Part shown: one piece after another, positions 29,868 through 38,437 of the stretch | Layout: the number at the start of each line of letters is the position of its first letter | Numbering within the stretch: the first letter of the stretch is position 1 | Assembly: GCA_046484245.1 (NCBI GenBank) | Contig: JAWOBN010000023.1 | Coordinates: 1 to 39,016, forward strand | Reading direction: 5' to 3' | Length of the DNA stretch: 39,016 nucleotides | From: a bacterium | GTDB lineage: Bacteria; Hydrothermota; 32-111 | Position numbers and translations under genes: made by a program | The notes under the pieces: generated by a model | Told to the model about the DNA's origin: nothing | Database searches by the model: none | What the model saw: only the letters and a program-made list of their open reading frames with translations

Positions 29868-31149
29868 TATATCATTCTATCCGCTTTCACTGGGCTGCGT
29901 CAAGAATCAGACGGATTTTGAATACCTCGCCGGTGCATTATCCCGGTATAACTGGAGTATGACCGAAGATCCTTCAAGTGCTGATGTCATAATAATCAAT
30001 ACCTGTTCATTTATTGAGGATGCACGGGAGGAGTCCATTGAGGAGATATTCACTTTTGTCAGTGAAAAACCGGTAATAGTCACAGGTTGCCTCTTTCAGA
30101 GATACCCGGGTATTACAGAGGAAATCCCGGAGGTTAAGATATTTGCAGGCATAGAACCTGCCCGTTTTGCAGGTGATATTGACAGTGCATTCAGGAACAA
30201 TGAGGCTGTTTCACTCATTGAGAGTGATACTGTTTACTGTGAACAGGAGAAAAGGGAGCCATTCAGCAGATACCATACTTATATAAAGATATCAGAGGGC
30301 TGTGACAGAAGATGCTCTTTCTGTGCAATACCCTCAATAAGAGGCAGATACAGGTCAAGGGAAACAGGTAATATCATAAAAGAGGTCAGGCGTCTCTATT
30401 CAGAGGGGTTCAGGGAATTCAATCTGATAAGCGAGGATACATCCCTCTATGGCTCTGACAGTGGCAAAACGGATATCACAGGCCTTATAAGAAAGCTCAA
30501 TGAAATTGGTCTGGAGGGCATATGGTTCAGACTGCTCTATGTATATCCGGGGCATAATATTGAAGATATTGTGAAGGCGATTGCTGACAGTGAGCATTTC
30601 ATCAATTATATTGATGTGCCGTTCCAGCATGTGAGCAGCCGCATACTGAAGCTCATGAACCGCCAGCCTGTTGATGTTCCCGGCATAAGCAGAATGATAA
30701 AGGACAAGGGCCTTACACTGCGCTCCACACTGATGACAGGTTTTCCTACTGAAACAGAGGGTGAATTCAATGCAATGGCTGATTTTGTAGCACAATCATA
30801 TATAGACAAGCTCGGTCTGTTCCGTTACTGTGATGAGGAGAATACTCCTGCAGAGCAATTGGAAGGGAAGATTGACAATAATATCAAGAACAGGCGTCTG
30901 GAAACACTCCTGGATATACAGGAGGAGATTGCATACGAAAATATGATGAAGAACAAGGGCAGGATTGTCAGGGCAGTATTCCATGAAAAGGCAGGAGAGA
31001 GTTATATGGGGCGGCTGCTTGAGGATATGTATGAGACAGATGAATTGCTTTTGTCCCGGTCGGAGGGTATAGTGCTCCACAGGCCGGTGGACATAAGGAT
31101 AACAGATATTGACAATATGGCATACATAGGAATTTTAAAAGGAGAATAA
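29848..31149 (+). CDS. rimO: Ribosomal protein S12 methylthiotransferase RimO
   Basis: SLGC.KN, INTCSFIEDAREESI, GC..QRY, KISEGCDRRCSFCAIP, W.RLLYVYP, GFP.ET. Confidence 0.88.
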   Translation: MRESNSSISFYPLSLGCVKNQTDFEYLAGALSRYNWSMTEDPSSADVIIINTCSFIEDAREESIEEIFTFVSEKPVIVTGCLFQRYPGITEEIPEVKIFAGIEPARFAGDIDSAFRNNEAVSLIESDTVYCEQEKREPFSRYHTYIKISEGCDRRCSFCAIPSIRGRYRSRETGNIIKEVRRLYSEGFREFNLISEDTSLYGSDSGKTDITGLIRKLNEIGLEGIWFRLLYVYPGHNIEDIVKAIADSEHFINYIDVPFQHVSSRILKLMNRQPVDVPGISRMIKDKGLTLRSTLMTGFPTETEGEFNAMADFVAQSYIDKLGLFRYCDEENTPAEQLEGKIDNNIKNRRLETLLDIQEEIAYENMMKNKGRIVRAVFHEKAGESYMGRLLEDMYETDELLLSRSEGIVLHRPVDIRITDIDNMAYIGILKGE

Positions 31150-31150
31150 T

Positions 31151-32281
31151 ATGGATCTGAGTAATATAAGAAGATATCTTCATAAACATCCCGAACCCTC
31201 TATGAGAGAAGAAAAGACAGCTCAGTATCTTCACAATATCCTCAAGGAAACGGGTCCTGACAGTATAGTTGCAAATGCAGGGGCATATTCCATTATGGCT
31301 CTGTACAGGGGCGGGGATAAGGGTGATACAGTAATGCTCAGATGTGATATTGATGCACTGCCCATAGAAGAAGAAAACCTTATTGACTACAGCAGTGTCA
31401 ATGAGGGGTATTCCCATAAATGCGGGCATGACGGTCATATGACAATAATGCTGGGACTTGCAGACCGCCTCAGCAAGAGGGATTTTAATGGCAATGTAGT
31501 GCTTTTATTCCAGTCAGGTGAAGAGACAGCAGAGGGAGCCAGGGCTGTACTGGACAGTGGTTATTACAGTGAGTTCAAGCCTGACTGGATATTCGGTCTG
31601 CATAATCTGCCCGGATATGAAGAGGGTTCAATAATAGTAAAGAATGATATATTCGCGTCAGCTTCAAAGGGTCTGAAGATATTCCTCCGGGGGGAGACAT
31701 CTCATGCAGGACAGCCGGAGGATGGCAATAATCCCTCTCAGGCAATGAATGCAATAATAAATATGCTGCAGTCAGCTCCCAATATGTACACCGGATTTCA
31801 CGATAATGCTGTTGTAACTGTGGTCAATGCGGCTCTCGGTGAGGTTGCTTTCGGGACATCCCCCGGTGCTGCGCGGATATTCGCTACACTCAGAACATAC
31901 AATAATGCTCAGATGATGCTTTTGTCAGACAAGATAATCAAAATGACCCAGAGTATTGCTGCTGCTTTTGAGCTGGATATGGAGTATCAATGGGTAGAGG
32001 CATTCCCTGCTCTTGTTAATAATAATACTGCTGCTGAAATCGTGAGGAAAGCTGCAGATAGAGCAGAGCTGAGTATTGTTGAAGCAGACAAACCGTTTTC
32101 ATGGTCAGAGGATTTTGCCTACTATCTGGCTCAGACAAAGGGGGCATTCTTCGGCCTGGGATCCGGATTCAAATGCAGGTCACTGCACAATAGTGATTAT
32201 GATTTTCCTGAGGATATTATAGGAAGCGGTATTGATATGTTTTATTCAATAATTCATCAAATAAACAATGGGGTTTCATGA
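31151..32281 (+). CDS. M20D amidohydrolase
   Basis: HKHPEPS..E, RCDIDALP, HKCGHDGH, FQSGEE, GLHN.P, SHA, SEDF, LHN. Confidence 0.9.
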   Translation: MDLSNIRRYLHKHPEPSMREEKTAQYLHNILKETGPDSIVANAGAYSIMALYRGGDKGDTVMLRCDIDALPIEEENLIDYSSVNEGYSHKCGHDGHMTIMLGLADRLSKRDFNGNVVLLFQSGEETAEGARAVLDSGYYSEFKPDWIFGLHNLPGYEEGSIIVKNDIFASASKGLKIFLRGETSHAGQPEDGNNPSQAMNAIINMLQSAPNMYTGFHDNAVVTVVNAALGEVAFGTSPGAARIFATLRTYNNAQMMLLSDKIIKMTQSIAAAFELDMEYQWVEAFPALVNNNTAAEIVRKAADRAELSIVEADKPFSWSEDFAYYLAQTKGAFFGLGSGFKCRSLHNSDYDFPEDIIGSGIDMFYSIIHQINNGVS

Positions 32282-33432
32282 AACACACATCTTCCATTGA
32301 ACTTTCCAAGTCATCCTATAAGAAGAATCTGAGTTATCTTCAGAAGCGAATCGGCAAGGCAAAATTTGTATCTGTGATAAAGGGCAATGCATACGGACAC
32401 GGTATAGAGCAGTTCCTCCCTATGGCTGAGTCATGCGGAGTGGATTATTTTGCTGTATTCAATGCATATGAGGCAGAGAGGGCATTATCCGCAAAACAGC
32501 CGGAGACAACTATTATGATAATGGGCATGATTGAGAATGATGAACTCCAATGGGCAATAGAGAATGGATTGACATTTTATGTATTCAACAGGGAACGACT
32601 GGACAGTGCACTGAAATATGCAAAGAAATCAGGCAGGAAGGCGAGGATACACATAGAAATTGAAACAGGTCTCAACAGGACAGGATTTGAGGAATATGAA
32701 CTGGAGTATGTGGCTGAACTGATAAATAACAACAGGAAGTTCTTTTCAGTTGAAGGTATATGCACGCATTATGCAGGTGCCGAGAGTGTGGCGAATTACA
32801 GGCGTATACTGGATCAGATACAGTGTTTCAAGAGAATAAAGAGACAGCTCAAAACATTGAATATACAGGCAAAATACTATCATTCAGCCTGTTCAGCAGC
32901 AGCACTCACATATCCCAAAACAATAATGAATATGGTGCGTATCGGTATTGCCCAGTATGGATTCTGGCCCAGCAAGGAGACAAAGATGTACAATATACTG
33001 ACAGCTAACAAGAAGAAGATGAAGGATCCCCTCAGAAGAGTATTGAAGTGGAAGAGCAGTATAATGGATTTGAAGGATGTATCCCCCGGTGAATTTATCA
33101 GTTACGGCAACAGTTATCTTACTGAGAAGAGGAAGCGCATTGCCTCTGTGCCTGTCGGATACGGTAATGGATATTCAAGGAATCTATCCAATACAGGTCA
33201 CGTGCTTGTGAAAGGGAGAAAAGCGCCTGTAATGGGTCTTATCAATATGAATATGTTCCTCATTGATGTGACAGGTATAAAGGATATATCCATTGGTGAT
33301 GAGGTTGTGCTTATAGGTAGGCAGAAATCACAGACAATAACAGTAGCTTCCTTTATTGAATACTCCAATCATGTCAATTATGAACTGCTGACCCGTCTCC
33401 CTCCCGATATTCCCAGAACAGTGACCTCATGA
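32278..33432 (+). CDS. alr: Alanine racemase
   Basis: VIKGNAYGHG (PLP Lys), HIEIETGLNRTG, GICTH, SYG (catalytic Tyr), GYGNG, YELL. Confidence 0.9.
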   Translation: MKHTSSIELSKSSYKKNLSYLQKRIGKAKFVSVIKGNAYGHGIEQFLPMAESCGVDYFAVFNAYEAERALSAKQPETTIMIMGMIENDELQWAIENGLTFYVFNRERLDSALKYAKKSGRKARIHIEIETGLNRTGFEEYELEYVAELINNNRKFFSVEGICTHYAGAESVANYRRILDQIQCFKRIKRQLKTLNIQAKYYHSACSAAALTYPKTIMNMVRIGIAQYGFWPSKETKMYNILTANKKKMKDPLRRVLKWKSSIMDLKDVSPGEFISYGNSYLTEKRKRIASVPVGYGNGYSRNLSNTGHVLVKGRKAPVMGLINMNMFLIDVTGIKDISIGDEVVLIGRQKSQTITVASFIEYSNHVNYELLTRLPPDIPRTVTS

Positions 33433-33480
33433 ATGCGTGAATGAGAACGGGTAGAGCGTGTAGAACGTATAGAGCGAATA
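33430..33480 (+). repeat. Short 8- and 9-bp degenerate tandem repeats at the alr stop codon
   Basis: TGAATGCG TGAATGAG, then GTAGAGCGT GTAGAACGT ATAGAGCGA. Confidence 0.55.
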
Positions 33481-33498
33481 GGGAAAGAACGATTAATC

Positions 33499-33523
33499 GT
33501 AGGGGTTCAACAATTTGAATCCT
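33499..33523 (+). repeat. GTAG-type REP palindrome
   Basis: GTAG-GGGTTCAA-CAAT-TTGAATCCT; matches 27621-27644 on the minus strand. Confidence 0.75.
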
Positions 33524-33548
33524 GACTCATGTTCCAAGAAATGTGGAT

Positions 33549-33600
33549 AGCCGGCCATGAGAGACCGTACAATGGAAAACGTACAATGTACAATGGCGGA
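33549..33600 (+). repeat. Heptamer-array unit homologous to 38293-38344
   Basis: 39/52 ungapped identity by hand alignment; GCCATGARAGAMCG lead-in followed by ~4 heptamers. Confidence 0.65.
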
Positions 33601-33780
33601 TAAGAATAATGCACAGGAAGTTTGTAAGGGAGGTGGCAGTGACCCTCCCGGAGAAATAGCGAGCAATGGAAACCGGGACTAGCTTACGCCGGGTCAATGT
33701 GGTTCAAAAACTCTCCTAAGAAACAGTAATACCAGGTGATAAAAGAATGAATTAAAGTAAATTATAGGCAATTGCTCTGT

Positions 33781-33938
33781 TCCAAATCCCAGGGACAGCC
33801 CTTCACATTATTCACGTTTTACAAAATATAATAAAAATAAATACAGTAATAATTGAACTTAGCAAAATGATTTTCATAAGTTATAGAATAATATGGTTTA
33901 TTTGTGAATAATGTGAACGGCTGTCCCTGGGATTTGGA
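33781..33938. repeat. 158-bp long-inverted-repeat element, copy 4
   Basis: 35-bp arms (33781-33815 / 33904-33938) with a single mismatch. Confidence 0.95.
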
Positions 33939-34219
33939 GGGTGGTTTTGACAAAATACGGATAAAGGGACACCCGTTGACAGTATCCAAACCAAGGATAC
34001 TGCGCAGAAACTGTAATAATCATGACTGTGCACCAAAGAGAATAATCAGACAGTATAAGCCGCACTCATAGTTCTTGTGATTTATAATACTATTAAAAGT
34101 AAATATAAGACAGGAGTATGAGATAAATAAGTCAACTCTTTGGGAGAAGAACCGGAATCCCGTATCCATTTAACAATGTGCACTTGACATAAGAGGCAAA
34201 ATAAACATAATAGAAAATT

Positions 34220-34714
34220 ATGAAACGAATATTAACAGCATTACTATTCATACCCTTGATACTATTATCCAGAGAAATAGCATTGTATGAGATGGATGAC
34301 TGGAATGCAGCTATTTATCATCCTGTTGATTATGAGGTAATGCCTATAAAACAGGGTGTTATTTTTACCAAGGATAATATTTCATTCTCACTTCTAACCA
34401 ATGTTTCAGACAGATCGGCAAGATCACATCTTGTTTCATTTGAGAAGCGGACAGATATAATAAATGAGCTTGACTCCCTTGATATTCCCATGGATTCAAC
34501 AATACTGGATTCCTTCAATATTGACAATGGATACAGGGGTTACTATCAGATATACTCGGAGAATCATCTCATTCACGAGAGCATTCTCTCAATGAAGAGG
34601 GATTCCATTGTGTATTTCATTATATCGCGTTTTGACGGCAATGTGCCTCCAGAGGAAGTGGATATTGTTAATCAGTGTATTTCCAGATTCAGGGTAATGG
34701 ATGACGATGAATGA
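34220..34714 (+). CDS. Hypothetical exported protein (possibly PsbP-like fold)
   Basis: Signal peptide; I.HP..Y near the N-terminus and C-terminal helix-RFRV pattern. Confidence 0.55.
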   Translation: MKRILTALLFIPLILLSREIALYEMDDWNAAIYHPVDYEVMPIKQGVIFTKDNISFSLLTNVSDRSARSHLVSFEKRTDIINELDSLDIPMDSTILDSFNIDNGYRGYYQIYSENHLIHESILSMKRDSIVYFIISRFDGNVPPEEVDIVNQCISRFRVMDDDE

Positions 34715-36521
34715 ATTCACATACAAATTACTGATACTGCAGCATGACCCCCGGCTTGAATATCTCAGAAAAAAGATTGAAGATCAGCAAATTGTCAAGA
34801 ATAATACCCGTTTCACAGTCAAAACAATAATACTTGACCAGTCGGATGATATGTCTGATGTGTTCTTTCACGGTATTATCATTCCTGATAGAATATCTGC
34901 AGACACAATACTGAGCAGGATCATTCATTATAATAATCAAGCCGAGATATTCCTTTCATTCAATACTGATTCCACCGGGAATGAACCGGATAATATTGCA
35001 CATATACAGTCAGGTTCCATTTCAGCCAAATTCATCATTGAGCTGTTCTACAGAAGAAGGTACAGGACACCGCTCTATCAGGGTGCAAGGGAACTCACAG
35101 GTGATTCCATAAGGTTCTATACACCCGGCCATATCAGGGGTGCCAGCCTCAAAAGAACAGAGACGGGCAGTGAGATGTATCATTATTACGGCAGCCATAT
35201 ATTCAGTGATGATATATCTGTATCTGACATGCGACCCGGCTCCCTGCTTACACATACCTCACTCTTTCTTGAAGCAGAGAGAATGATTGCATCAGCTTAC
35301 TCTGTCAAGGAGGCATTCATAGGTGTGCAGGGCACTTCAACGAGCAATAAGGTCGTTATAACAACACTTGCCAATACAGGCGATAAGATAATCATTGACA
35401 GGAATATTCATAAGTCAGTAGTCCATTCAGCGATTATTGCAGGGGCTGTACCTGTATTCATCAAATCAAATTACAACAATTTGTTCAATATACTGCTGCC
35501 GGGCAGAAAAGAGGATATCATTGAGGCAATTGAGAACAATAAGGATGCCAAGCTTCTTGTTCTCACATCACCGACATATGAGGGTATAATCTACAATCTT
35601 ACGGAGATTATTGAACATGCTCACAGATACGGTATCAAGGTCTTTGTTGACAGCGCATGGGGTTCACATCTCCATTTCAATCATCATTATTATCCTGATG
35701 CTGTTCAATGCGGAGCTGACTATATTGTTCATTCCTTCCACAAGACACTCACTGCATTCTCAATGGCGACAGTAACACTGGTCAATGACCCCGATTTTGC
35801 CTCTCTGCGTAATGATTTTATTGAGAATTATCTGATGTTTGCATCAACATCCCCATTCTATCCCATTGCATCCTCAATGGATATAGCCCGCCGCATGATG
35901 TCTGTTGAAGGCAAGAAAATACTCCAGAGGATAATGGAATTATATGTTTATGCATCAGGCAAGATAGGTGAGATGAGCGATTTCAGGGTGATGGACACGG
36001 ATTACCTGCGTCAGTTCTACACAGTGCCCGATGATATAGCAATTGATTACACGAAGCTCACTGTGGGATTCAATAAATCCAATGTATCAAAGAGTGAGAT
36101 TGTGCGGAAATTCAATGATTTCAATATTGTTCCCGAGAAGATCAATGATTTCTCTTTCACTGTTCTCATACTGCCGGGAACAACAAAGAATGATATTGAT
36201 AAACTGGCAGAAGCACTGCTCTCAAGAAAGAGAACCAAGAGGAAGATCATAAAAAAGCCGCAGGGTTTTGATTTTGATGATCTTACAATAGAGATGAATC
36301 CGCAGGAAGCGTATTTCAAGGCAGGTGAGTGGATAGATGTGGATGAAGCTGAAAACAGAATATCGTCCATTCTTATTGTTCCGTATCCGCCTGGTATTCC
36401 GCTTGTTATACCGGGACAGAGGATTACTGATGAATTGCTCTCTCATATCAAGCATACTATAAGTATGAAAGGAATTGAGATGCATGGAGTACTTGACAAT
36501 AAAATAAAAGTGGTGAAATAA
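34701..36521 (+). CDS. PLP-dependent Orn/Lys/Arg decarboxylase (fold type I) with N-terminal extension
   Basis: TPGH, GTSTSN, DRNIHKS, SPTYEG, VDSAWGSH, HSFHKT (PLP Lys), STSPFYP, PYPPGIP..PG. Confidence 0.9.
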   Translation: MTMNEFTYKLLILQHDPRLEYLRKKIEDQQIVKNNTRFTVKTIILDQSDDMSDVFFHGIIIPDRISADTILSRIIHYNNQAEIFLSFNTDSTGNEPDNIAHIQSGSISAKFIIELFYRRRYRTPLYQGARELTGDSIRFYTPGHIRGASLKRTETGSEMYHYYGSHIFSDDISVSDMRPGSLLTHTSLFLEAERMIASAYSVKEAFIGVQGTSTSNKVVITTLANTGDKIIIDRNIHKSVVHSAIIAGAVPVFIKSNYNNLFNILLPGRKEDIIEAIENNKDAKLLVLTSPTYEGIIYNLTEIIEHAHRYGIKVFVDSAWGSHLHFNHHYYPDAVQCGADYIVHSFHKTLTAFSMATVTLVNDPDFASLRNDFIENYLMFASTSPFYPIASSMDIARRMMSVEGKKILQRIMELYVYASGKIGEMSDFRVMDTDYLRQFYTVPDDIAIDYTKLTVGFNKSNVSKSEIVRKFNDFNIVPEKINDFSFTVLILPGTTKNDIDKLAEALLSRKRTKRKIIKKPQGFDFDDLTIEMNPQEAYFKAGEWIDVDEAENRISSILIVPYPPGIPLVIPGQRITDELLSHIKHTISMKGIEMHGVLDNKIKVVK

Positions 36522-36784
36522 TGAAGAAGAAGGAAATGCTGTCCAAACTGGAAGAAACATTTGCCGGTATGGATATTGAGATCAAATACGACAGACTCAA
36601 GACAGATGGCGGACACTGCAGGTATAAGGACAGGGAGTATATTATAATAAACAAGATACTCCCGCTTTCAAACAGAATTGAATTACTGAAAAGCATTCTC
36701 AGGGAAAAGATAGAGAAGAACGGTGATGTATATATCATGCCTGCTGTCAGAGAGATGCTGGAAGAGGAGAAGGATGAGGATTAA
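36521..36784 (+). CDS. Conserved hypothetical small protein
   Basis: Translationally coupled (TAATG); GGHCRYK..IIINK motif. Confidence 0.7.
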   Translation: MKKKEMLSKLEETFAGMDIEIKYDRLKTDGGHCRYKDREYIIINKILPLSNRIELLKSILREKIEKNGDVYIMPAVREMLEEEKDED

Positions 36785-37550
36785 ATTCATTGATGATTTC
36801 TTCATAAACAGAAAGAAGAATTCCCTGCCCAATAAGAATAAGATGCATAATGTCAAGAAACAGATGGAGAATCCGTCAATTATTGTGGTCCATACAGGCA
36901 GCAGCCTGAAGCAGGCTCTTGAATCAGGTACATTGCACAGTACAATGAAAAATCGATATCCGGACTCTGAAATATATCTTCTCGTTCCTGCCTATGAGAA
37001 ATTATACAATGAGATAATCTCGGAAAATATCATCAAGGTCAGTGAACCGATGCCCACAAAATTCAGGGAACTGGAGATATACAAGAGGATACACAGAAAA
37101 CTCAAGAATACTGTTATCTACTTTGACCTTTCAGATTATGACCCGCGCATAAAGATTATAGTAAAGCGTGTCTTCAATCCCCAGTTTGCAGTGAGCACAT
37201 ATAATGAATTGCTGAAGGATGATTACAATATACTGGTCAAATCAGGCGGTTCTTTCAGGGATATGCTGAAGATGACAGGCTTTGATATCAGTGAAGAGAA
37301 ATCCTTCTTTGACGATGTAAGAGAACTGGCCCATTCAAGGAGCGCACTCCCTGTGCTTATAGGCAGTTCAAGGCATATTGACAGTATTGCAAAACAGTTC
37401 AATAAACAGTCCAGGAATTTCATAAGGATAAAGTCACCTGAAAAGACATTAACCAAGACATTGATAGCTGATATTATCAAATCCGATAATGTCATTGCTT
37501 CACAGCAGTATCGCTCTGACATTGATTATCTGAAGAAACAGACAGCATGA
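36774..37550 (+). CDS. Hypothetical protein (weak resemblance to a GT9 glycosyltransferase N-terminus)
   Basis: ATG 36774 after GAGGAG; MKNRYPDSEIYLLV segment; function unsupported beyond that. Confidence 0.55.
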   Translation: MRIKFIDDFFINRKKNSLPNKNKMHNVKKQMENPSIIVVHTGSSLKQALESGTLHSTMKNRYPDSEIYLLVPAYEKLYNEIISENIIKVSEPMPTKFRELEIYKRIHRKLKNTVIYFDLSDYDPRIKIIVKRVFNPQFAVSTYNELLKDDYNILVKSGGSFRDMLKMTGFDISEEKSFFDDVRELAHSRSALPVLIGSSRHIDSIAKQFNKQSRNFIRIKSPEKTLTKTLIADIIKSDNVIASQQYRSDIDYLKKQTA

Positions 37551-38164
37551 TTCCTCTCGGGCTTACTGACAGAAGGAAGAAATTCCCCTTTGTTTCCATT
37601 CTGCTCATTTTCGCCATAACAGGCATATATGTGATAATGTATTTATATGGGGGAATTGAACAGATTATCGGGTTTGCTCTTATTGCTGACAGGATAAAGG
37701 AACCTTTTGAGTTATACAGAATAGTGACTTACGGGTTTCTCCATGGTTCTCTGCTCCATATTGTGTTCAATATGCTTTTTCTGTGGATATTCGGGTCTGC
37801 CCTTGAATCCAAAACAGGTCACTGGACAATACTGGAGATATTCTTTCTGGGTATTATTGCAGGCGGACTTGCCCAGACAGGAGTCAATCTTATGCTTGAT
37901 GCAAGACATACTCTTGTCATTGGTTCAAGCGGCGGTGTGTCTGCTGTAATGGGCGGATATCTCCTGAAATCGGGCAGGGACAGGATGAAGAGCATCCTCA
38001 TTGTATTCCCTGTAAAGATATATGCATGGATTTTCATACTGATATGGTTTGTCTATCAGATAATTGCAGCAGTATTTACCAGGACAAGCGGTGTAGCCTA
38101 CTTTGCCCATATTGCAGGATTCATATTCGGGATGATGGGGATTCAAGTAACAAGTAACAAGTAG
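37547..38164 (+). CDS. Rhomboid family intramembrane serine protease
   Basis: FLHGSLLHIVFNM.FLWIFG..LE, catalytic GSSG, AHIAG. Confidence 0.92.
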   Translation: MIPLGLTDRRKKFPFVSILLIFAITGIYVIMYLYGGIEQIIGFALIADRIKEPFELYRIVTYGFLHGSLLHIVFNMLFLWIFGSALESKTGHWTILEIFFLGIIAGGLAQTGVNLMLDARHTLVIGSSGGVSAVMGGYLLKSGRDRMKSILIVFPVKIYAWIFILIWFVYQIIAAVFTRTSGVAYFAHIAGFIFGMMGIQVTSNK

Positions 38165-38346
38165 CAAGTAGCAAGAATTAATTGTTTAAGCGGGGAGAAG
38201 GAATAGACACGGGACACGAGACACGGGACGCGAGTCTGCCGGCTGACGCCGGGTTGAAGGTCAATGGTTGATAGTTGATAGTCAATGTGATGAGCCCGCC
38301 ATGAAAGAACGGAAAACGGATAACGGATAACGGAAAATGACGGAAA
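38144..38346 (+). repeat. Cluster of four different heptamer tandem arrays
   Basis: CAAGTAR x4 (38144-38171), GACRCGR x4 (38206-38233), RGTYRAW x5 (38252-38286), AACGGAW x4 (38308-38335). Confidence 0.85.
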
Positions 38347-38437
38347 TAAATTATATTTGACTTGAAAACGAAATCCAATAGAATGATAATATGGAGTATT
38401 GGTATAAATTAAACCAGTGGAATTTTCCGGAGGTAGT

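Noticed and set aside
5759..33938. The repeats as a CRISPR array or integron attC sites
   Set aside because: Copies are kilobases apart with no repeat-spacer periodicity or cas genes. There are no RYYYAAC/GTTRRRY ends, cassette organisation or integrase.
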